From: a virus
IMG/VR virus record: IMGVR_UViG_3300011113_000642
Span: 1-64,000 of that record
Length of the DNA: 64,000 bases
Reading direction: 5' to 3' (one strand)
Of the stretch, positions 57,604 through 64,000 are shown one piece after another. The translations under genes were made by a program, and so were the position numbers. The number at the start of each line of letters is the position of its first letter. Position 1 is the first letter of the stretch. The notes under the pieces were generated by a model. It had not been told where the DNA came from, did not search any database, and was given only the letters and a program-made list of their open reading frames with translations.

Positions 57604-58496
57604 ATTATTTAATAACAGGTGGTGCCGGATTTATTGGATCAAATTTGGTCAATAAGTTGGTTGATGATGGACACATCGTGTCTGTCATAGACAATCTTTC
57701 TTCTGACGCACACGACTCATTTTATTTCAATAACAGTGCATCATATTATCTTTACGATGTAAATGATCATGTAATGTGTTCTGATGTCTTTAACAGACAT
57801 AATCCCGATTACGTCCTTCATCTCGCAGCTGAAGCAAGAATACAAAACTGTGTTGAAGACCCCACAAAGGCATACGAAACAAATCTAATTGGAACATTAA
57901 ATATTTTGTCTTTGTGTAAAAAATATAATGTTAAAAGACTTGTTTTGTCTACAACATCGGCAATATATGGATTAAAAAATACGGGCCCTTTAAACGAGGA
58001 TATGCCCCCAGATTGTTTAAATGCATACTCACTGAGTAAGTACAATGCCGAACAAGCATGTAAACTTTATAGTTCTATGTATGGAGTAGATACTGTTGGA
58101 TTGCGATATTTTAATGTCTATGGTCCAAACCAACCAAAAAAAGGACCTTATGCTCCAGTAATAGGGGTATTTACCAGACAAAAAAAAGCGAATCAAAACC
58201 TAACGGTTGTAGGTGATGGTGAACAAACTAGAGATTATGTCCACGTGTCTGATGTAGTCAAAGCTAATTTGTTGGCCGCAACACATAAAAAAAATTTATT
58301 TGGTGAAATTTTTAACGTTGGAACTGGTAAAAATTATTCTGTAAATTGGATTGCATCAAAAATAGAGCCAAATTCAACCAAAATTACTCGCATACCACCA
58401 AGACAGGGCGAAGCGCGGGATACAATAGCAAATACCTCCAAGATTGAAAATATTTTAGGCTGGAAAGCAGATATCTCATTAGAAAACTGCATTTAA
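57600..58496 (+). CDS. NAD-dependent nucleotide-sugar epimerase/dehydratase
   Basis: TGGAGFIGS; Y..SK; RYFNVYGP; GDGEQTRDYVHV. Confidence 0.88.
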   Translation: MNYLITGGAGFIGSNLVNKLVDDGHIVSVIDNLSSDAHDSFYFNNSASYYLYDVNDHVMCSDVFNRHNPDYVLHLAAEARIQNCVEDPTKAYETNLIGTLNILSLCKKYNVKRLVLSTTSAIYGLKNTGPLNEDMPPDCLNAYSLSKYNAEQACKLYSSMYGVDTVGLRYFNVYGPNQPKKGPYAPVIGVFTRQKKANQNLTVVGDGEQTRDYVHVSDVVKANLLAATHKKNLFGEIFNVGTGKNYSVNWIASKIEPNSTKITRIPPRQGEARDTIANTSKIENILGWKADISLENCI

Positions 58497-58501
58497 GCTA
58501 C

Positions 58502-58530
58502 TTGACAATATCTTTTTATTAGATTATAAT
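58502..58530 (+). promoter_or_regulatory. Sigma70 consensus promoter for gp55
   Basis: TTGACA-N17-TATAAT, 6 nt before the GTG start. Confidence 0.75.
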
Positions 58531-58536
58531 AGCATT

Positions 58537-59112
58537 GTGAAAAAACCAAAGAAAAAGAAAAAGCCATCTGATGCAGATTATGTAAGTAATCAAGAGCTTT
58601 ATGATGCTTTAGTAGAATATCGTAAAAAATGTGACGAAGCTGAAAATGCTGGGCGCAAACAACCAAAGTTACCAGATTTTATAGGCGAATGCATTTTAAA
58701 AATAGCAAGCAGGCTTTCATATAGACCCAACTTTGCCAATTATCCCTATAGAGAAGAAATGGTGTCAGATGCCGTTTTAAATTGCATAACATATATTGAT
58801 AACTTTGATCCCAGCAAGTCTACAAGCCCATTTGGGTACTTAACGCAGATTTGCTGGTTTTCTTTTGTACGTATAATAAACAGAGAAAAGAAAGAAAAGT
58901 ATACACAATATAGATTTGCAGAACAGCAAAATGATAAAGACTTTCATAATTGGTTTAATGAAACATATGCGGGCATTGATACAGGTAGACGAGATTTTTT
59001 TGGTTTAACAGATTCAGATATGGAAAGATTTGATACTCTGTTTAGCCCAAAGCCTAAAATTAAAGGCAAAAAGAAAAAGAAGAAAACTCGCAAAGACGTA
59101 TTAGATATATGA
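58537..59112 (+). CDS. gp55: Late-transcription sigma factor
   Basis: YVSN; IGECILKIA..LS.RPNF.NY.YREEM.SDA; NFDP.KS..PF.Y.TQI. Confidence 0.93.
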   Translation: MKKPKKKKKPSDADYVSNQELYDALVEYRKKCDEAENAGRKQPKLPDFIGECILKIASRLSYRPNFANYPYREEMVSDAVLNCITYIDNFDPSKSTSPFGYLTQICWFSFVRIINREKKEKYTQYRFAEQQNDKDFHNWFNETYAGIDTGRRDFFGLTDSDMERFDTLFSPKPKIKGKKKKKKTRKDVLDI

Positions 59113-60155
59113 AAGCAGTAATTTTAAACGATACCCACTTTGGGTATAAAGCCGATTCTCCAATTGTATTGGAATATTTTTTATCGTTTTTTGAAGATCA
59201 GTTATTTCCATACTTACAAAAAAACGATATCAAAACTATATTTCATTTAGGAGATATTTTTGATCGTAGAAAATACATAAACTTTAAAACTCTTTCCCAA
59301 GTACGTAAGAGATTTTTTGAGCCATTGCGAGATATGAATATTAAGTGTATTGCTATTTGTGGAAATCACGATACATATTACAAAAACAATAATAAGGTAA
59401 ACTCATTAGATGAATTGGTCTCACAATACTCTAATTGGGAAATTTATTCAGAACCCACAGAAATCAAATTAAAAGACTGCTGTGTTGCTCTCGTTCCTTG
59501 GATTAATCCAGAAAATGAAGAAACCACGGCAAAATTTATATCAGAAACAACTTGCTCTTTACTTTTGGGGCATTTAGAATTATACGGCTTTCAAAGTATT
59601 AGAGGAATATTTGTGGAGCAGGGATATGAACCAAAACACTTTGATAAATTTGAATATGTTCTTACTGGGCATTATCACATCAAGTCTAGTCGCGATAATA
59701 TACATTACCTGGGAACGCAGTATGAGATGGCTTTCTCGGATGTCGAGGAAGAGAAGGGATTTCATGTATTCGACTTCAGTGAACGTACATTATCGTTTGT
59801 TACAAATACAAAAAAGCTTTTCTACACGTTTGATTATAACGAAGACGACCCGCAATCCTTGGATTATACAGCATTTAAAGACTGTTATGTTAAAATATTT
59901 GTCAAGAAGCGTACTAAGGCTGCAGCTTTTGAAAAGTACCTTGACAAATTTTATGAAGCGGGAGTGGCAGAGTTGGCAGTAACAGAAGAAGTAAATACAA
60001 ATCCAGAACTAATCGCAGTCGATGTGCATAAAGATACACTTCAACTTTTACATGAAGAGTTGAGTCTAATTGAGGACAAGTCAATTAACAAAAATAAACT
60101 TGCCAAGATAGTGGATGAAGCGTATAATATGGCATTATCCAAGGATGAAGAGTGA
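59109..60155 (+). CDS. gp47: Recombination endonuclease subunit (Mre11/SbcD-like)
   Basis: DTHFG; LGDIFDRRK; GNHD; GHLE; GHYH. Confidence 0.93.
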   Translation: MKAVILNDTHFGYKADSPIVLEYFLSFFEDQLFPYLQKNDIKTIFHLGDIFDRRKYINFKTLSQVRKRFFEPLRDMNIKCIAICGNHDTYYKNNNKVNSLDELVSQYSNWEIYSEPTEIKLKDCCVALVPWINPENEETTAKFISETTCSLLLGHLELYGFQSIRGIFVEQGYEPKHFDKFEYVLTGHYHIKSSRDNIHYLGTQYEMAFSDVEEEKGFHVFDFSERTLSFVTNTKKLFYTFDYNEDDPQSLDYTAFKDCYVKIFVKKRTKAAAFEKYLDKFYEAGVAELAVTEEVNTNPELIAVDVHKDTLQLLHEELSLIEDKSINKNKLAKIVDEAYNMALSKDEE

Positions 60156-61873
60156 TTGAATTTTTATCTGTTCGTTTTAAAAACTTTGGTTCATTCGGGG
60201 CTAACTTTTCTGAAATTAATTTAAATAGCCGTAATACCACATTAGTGACTGGTACAAATGGCCACGGAAAGTCCTTTGCTTTATTGGACTCTTTGTGCTT
60301 TGGATTGTTTGGAAAGCCCTTTAGGCCCATTAACATACCTCAATTAGTAAATACTGTAAATGGTAAGAACTGTGTCGTTGAAATAGAGTTTAATAAGGGT
60401 AATAGTCATTATTTAATTCGTCGTGGTTTATCCCCAAAAATTTTTGAAATTTATAAGGATAAAGAACTTATAGATCAAAATGCCAAATCCAAAGATTATC
60501 AAGAAATGTTTGAAGAACAAATTCTTGGATTTGATTATTCTGCATTCAAACAAGTAGTCATTCTTGGTAAGTCTAACTTTATACCTTTCATGCAGCTAAC
60601 GCCTGCAGAGCGCAGAAAGATTATTGAAGGTTTACTGGAATTAGATATTCTTGCTGATATGAATGTCTATGTTAGAGGACAACTAGGTTCTTTAAAAGTT
60701 TCTATTGCAGAGCATGACAGTTTACTTAAAATTGCACATGAAAAAATAAAGTCTCAAAAAGAATTTATTGATCAGGTAAAAACAAGTAATGCTGATGATA
60801 TTAAACTTTTAGAAGATAGAATTAAAGAATATCGCGACCAAATAAAAGAAGACACCAAACAAAAAACCATTTTACTAAGTAAGCATACCGCTTTACAAGA
60901 TACTGCAAAAAGTATTAAGAAAAAAATTGACGCTTTAAAAGATGTTCCTGGTATGTTATTAAAAGCAGAAACACTTAAAGAAACAATCTTAGATGAGATT
61001 AAAACTTTAGAGCAAAATGCTATATGCAAGTGCTGTGGCCAATCTTTACCAGAAGAACAAAGAAAAAAACATATAGCAGAAAAAAGAGAAAAAGCAGAAA
61101 ACTGCTTTGAGGCTTTAAAGGTTGCTACAAGAAAAACTAAAGAACTGGATGAATTAAACAAATCTTATAATGAACTTTTGCCAGAAATAGAAACTTTGGC
61201 AAATGATATAAATGGTTACAGTTATAGAATTGGCAATAGTGAATCCAATATAAAAGTTTTGGAAAAAGATAAAAAGGATAAAGAAGCAGCAAACAACCTG
61301 ACTAATTTACTAGTCAGTTTGAAAGATTCCGAGGATAAAAAGAATGAACTTGCACAAAAATTGGAAGGCTATATTCAAGAACAAATTCATCATGATGTTG
61401 TATATGATATTCTCAAAGATAGTGGACTTAAGAGCAGGATTATTAAACACTATGTTCCCATCATCAATGGACTCGTCAACAAGTTCCTCGGAAAACTTAA
61501 TCTCTATGTTGACTTCACCATCGATGAGGAGTTCAAGGAAACAATCAAGTCACGATACAGAGATGCATTCTCATATTCCTCTTTCTCTGAGGGAGAGAAA
61601 CAACGCATCGACCTTGCCATACTGTTAACTTGGCGAGAAATTGCAAAGATGAAAAACAGTTTAAACTGCAATCTTTTAATTTTTGATGAAATTTTAGATT
61701 CATCTTTGGATGCTGCTGGTACAGAGGCTTTCTTAAAAATTCTTAATAAAATGAAAAATAAGTGTTCTATTTTCATCATTAGCCACAAAGCAGATCAACT
61801 TATTGATAAATTTGATCAATCATTGCAGTTTGAAAAGAAAAATAATTTTTCTAAGATTAAAACACAGATATAA
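60152..61873 (+). CDS. gp46: Recombination ATPase (Rad50/SbcC-like)
   Basis: GTNGHGKS; CKCCGQ hook; FSEGEK; IFDEILD; ISH. Confidence 0.93.
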   Translation: MIEFLSVRFKNFGSFGANFSEINLNSRNTTLVTGTNGHGKSFALLDSLCFGLFGKPFRPINIPQLVNTVNGKNCVVEIEFNKGNSHYLIRRGLSPKIFEIYKDKELIDQNAKSKDYQEMFEEQILGFDYSAFKQVVILGKSNFIPFMQLTPAERRKIIEGLLELDILADMNVYVRGQLGSLKVSIAEHDSLLKIAHEKIKSQKEFIDQVKTSNADDIKLLEDRIKEYRDQIKEDTKQKTILLSKHTALQDTAKSIKKKIDALKDVPGMLLKAETLKETILDEIKTLEQNAICKCCGQSLPEEQRKKHIAEKREKAENCFEALKVATRKTKELDELNKSYNELLPEIETLANDINGYSYRIGNSESNIKVLEKDKKDKEAANNLTNLLVSLKDSEDKKNELAQKLEGYIQEQIHHDVVYDILKDSGLKSRIIKHYVPIINGLVNKFLGKLNLYVDFTIDEEFKETIKSRYRDAFSYSSFSEGEKQRIDLAILLTWREIAKMKNSLNCNLLIFDEILDSSLDAAGTEAFLKILNKMKNKCSIFIISHKADQLIDKFDQSLQFEKKNNFSKIKTQI

Positions 61874-61913
61874 ATATATTGGACAAACAGTTTTTTGGAG
61901 ATATAATAGCAAC

Positions 61914-62066
61914 ATGAATAATGAGAGTTTTGAGAAGTTTACCAATCGCCGTAAGAACAAGCAATCTAACTTCGGAAAAAAGCAACAGAATAGAAATAAG
62001 CGTGGTAACAGACACGCACAAAAGCAGCAACTAAACGACTCTGTATATCGTAAAGATTTTGATTAA
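61914..62066 (+). CDS. Small basic protein (start reassigned to 61914)
   Basis: MNNESFEKFTNRRKNKQ...; TATAAT lies 6 nt before the ATG. Confidence 0.55.
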   Translation: MNNESFEKFTNRRKNKQSNFGKKQQNRNKRGNRHAQKQQLNDSVYRKDFD

Positions 62067-62083
62067 TTTATATAAGGATTTAT

Positions 62084-62755
62084 ATGACAACTGTGACTAA
62101 AATGCGTTTATCTAAAGAAACCTATACCATTCTTAAAAATTTTGCTTCTATTAATTCGAATATTTATATTCGTCCGGGAAATACTCTCAAGACAATGTCT
62201 TTGGGAAAGAATATGTTTGTTCAAGCCAAAGTTGCAGAAGAATTTGATGTTGATGTGCTTATTTGGGATCTAAATCAGTTTCTAGGAATTGTAAGCATGT
62301 TTGGCAACCCGGACCTAGAGTTCCATGATAAGTATGTAATTATATCTAATGGCCGTTCTAGTGTTACATACTATTACGCAGAGGAGTCAACACTTACTTA
62401 TCCATCAAAAGATGTAAAACTTCCTCCAGTAACTACAAGTTTTGATCTTGATGAACACGATTTAGCAGAAATACTAAAAGCCTCTAGTATTCTTCAGGTT
62501 AACAAGCTTAGGATTGTTTGCGGTGATGGTGTAATTAAGGTAGTTGTTGATGATGATTCAAAGGCTATTAAAAATAATTTTGAAATTGTTATCTCTGAAA
62601 ACTACAGTGGTGGAGAGTTTGATGGAGTTATTGATGTTTCTGAGATCAAGTTTATTCCAGGATCATATGCGGTTCATCTAACAGACTCATATATCTCTAA
62701 GTTTACACACAAGTCTCTAGATCTTTCATATTATTTGGCTATTAAAAAGGACTGA
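62084..62755 (+). CDS. gp45: Sliding clamp
   Basis: LS.ET..ILKNFASIN; I.DL.QFL; PG.Y.V. Confidence 0.9.
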   Translation: MTTVTKMRLSKETYTILKNFASINSNIYIRPGNTLKTMSLGKNMFVQAKVAEEFDVDVLIWDLNQFLGIVSMFGNPDLEFHDKYVIISNGRSSVTYYYAEESTLTYPSKDVKLPPVTTSFDLDEHDLAEILKASSILQVNKLRIVCGDGVIKVVVDDDSKAIKNNFEIVISENYSGGEFDGVIDVSEIKFIPGSYAVHLTDSYISKFTHKSLDLSYYLAIKKD

Positions 62756-62757
62756 TT

Positions 62758-63702
62758 GTGTCTGATATAAATAACCTTCTTTGGGTAGAAAAATATCGCC
62801 CAAAGACTCTATCTGATTGCATTCTACCTATTGACCTTAATACTGTTTTGAATGGTATGGTTAAAGAAGGTAGTATACCAAATATGATGCTTTATGGTAA
62901 AGCTGGTACGGGCAAAACTACAGTTGCACGTGCAATTGCGCATGATATTGATGCAGATAGCATTATAATTAACTGCTCAGAAGAAAACGGAATTGACACA
63001 CTAAGAACAAAAATTCGTAGTTATTGTTCTACCGTTTCTCTTAATGGTGGTCTTAAGGTTGTAATACTTGATGAGTTTGATTATGCTAATGCGCAGTCAA
63101 TACAGCCAGCATTGCGCGGAGCAATAGAAGAGTTTGCTAAAAATTGCAGATTTATCATGACCTGCAATTATAAAAGTCGTATTATTGACCCCCTGCACTC
63201 TCGGTGTACGGGTCTTGATTTTACAATTCCTAGTTCAGAAAAAGCTCAAATTGCTACAAATATTCTTAAGCGTATTGAGCATATCTTAACTGCAGAAAAC
63301 ATTCCTTATGAAAAGCCTGTACTCGTAAACCTTATTAAAAAACACTTTCCTGATATTCGTAGAATTATCAATGAACTTCAGAGATATGCTGCCTCTGGTA
63401 GGATTGATGTTGGAATTCTTGCGCAAGGAAGCACAGAGTCTTATAAAGAACTTATTGGCTACATGAAGCAAAAAGACTTTGCTGCTTGCAGAAAATGGGT
63501 TGTTCAAAATTTAGATTTAAACACGGCTGACTTTTTTAAGAGGCTTTATAATGAGCTCTACACGGCTTTAAAGCACAATTCTATTCCGCAGGCAATTCTC
63601 ATCATTGCAAACTACCAATATAAGTCAGCATTTGCAGCAGACCAAGAAATTAATACTATGGCATTAATTGTTGAAATTATGATGGAATGTGAGTTTAACT
63701 AA
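62758..63702 (+). CDS. gp44: Clamp loader large subunit
   Basis: LWVEKYRP; GTGKTT; ILDEFD; LHSRC; FPDIRR..NELQRY. Confidence 0.95.
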   Translation: MSDINNLLWVEKYRPKTLSDCILPIDLNTVLNGMVKEGSIPNMMLYGKAGTGKTTVARAIAHDIDADSIIINCSEENGIDTLRTKIRSYCSTVSLNGGLKVVILDEFDYANAQSIQPALRGAIEEFAKNCRFIMTCNYKSRIIDPLHSRCTGLDFTIPSSEKAQIATNILKRIEHILTAENIPYEKPVLVNLIKKHFPDIRRIINELQRYAASGRIDVGILAQGSTESYKELIGYMKQKDFAACRKWVVQNLDLNTADFFKRLYNELYTALKHNSIPQAILIIANYQYKSAFAADQEINTMALIVEIMMECEFN

Positions 63703-64000
63703 TGGAATTGAAGGACTATTTATCCAGCATAAACCACACCAAAACACCTATTATGGATACCGACGAACTTGCTATAAAGTCTTATCCATCGTATGTTGTA
63801 AATAAATGCATGTCTTATTTTTCGGATACTATTTTTTATGCAAATGAAATGAACTGTGCTCCATGGTTAAATTCCAAAAGCCAGTTTGATTTTTATCGAC
63901 TTGGAATCCGCAAAAAGAAGCGATTTTCTCCTTGGCTTCGTAAAGAAACTGAAGAAAATATAAACTTAATAAAACAAGCTTTTGGCTATACAGATCAGAA
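63702..64000 (+). CDS. gp62: Clamp loader small subunit, truncated by the window end
   Basis: MELKDYLSSINHTK...YP.YVVNKC.S.F.DT..YANEMN...QFDF...RKKKRFSPW. Confidence 0.88.
   Translation, partial: MELKDYLSSINHTKTPIMDTDELAIKSYPSYVVNKCMSYFSDTIFYANEMNCAPWLNSKSQFDFYRLGIRKKKRFSPWLRKETEENINLIKQAFGYTDQ

Noticed and set aside
1-64000. Stop-codon reassignment, tRNA genes
   Set aside because: Core genes translate full length in the standard code; no cloverleaf noticed by eye (tRNAscan not run)

Overview
A 64-kb, AT-rich segment of a T4-like (Tevenvirinae/Kyanoviridae-type) myophage genome. No tRNA, rRNA or CRISPR was seen, and the host cannot be fixed from this window. Layout: (1) 1-8.7 kb is an accessory region with cassette-like genes sharing an N-terminal peptide, an HNH-like gene, GMP reductase, a DenV-like glycosylase, a lysozyme, a deaminase and a ferritin-like protein. 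(2) 8.8-19.9 kb holds a 2490-aa Cys-rich RCC1-type protein and Gly/Thr-rich putative virion proteins. (3) 20-44 kb holds gp33, gp32, an unusually reduced baseplate/tail module, and neck, terminase, sheath, two tube, portal, protease, scaffold and major capsid genes. (4) uvsW and uvsY follow. (5) 46.6-58.5 kb is a 14-gene glycan synthesis/modification cluster. (6) gp55, gp47, gp46, gp45, gp44 and a partial gp62 end the window. Most notable observations: a family of late promoter + conserved leader peptide (M-N/D-YLTNYYKNLxEQLQEKVN..LLE) + variable cargo cassettes, probably a new capsid-targeting system; a likely SD-stimulated -1 frameshift fusing gp26 to gp51; a possible virion glycosylation system (GT cluster plus G-x-T/S motifs concentrated in virion proteins); and widespread apparently leaderless mRNAs. 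All protein calls come from remembered motifs and synteny. No database search was run.
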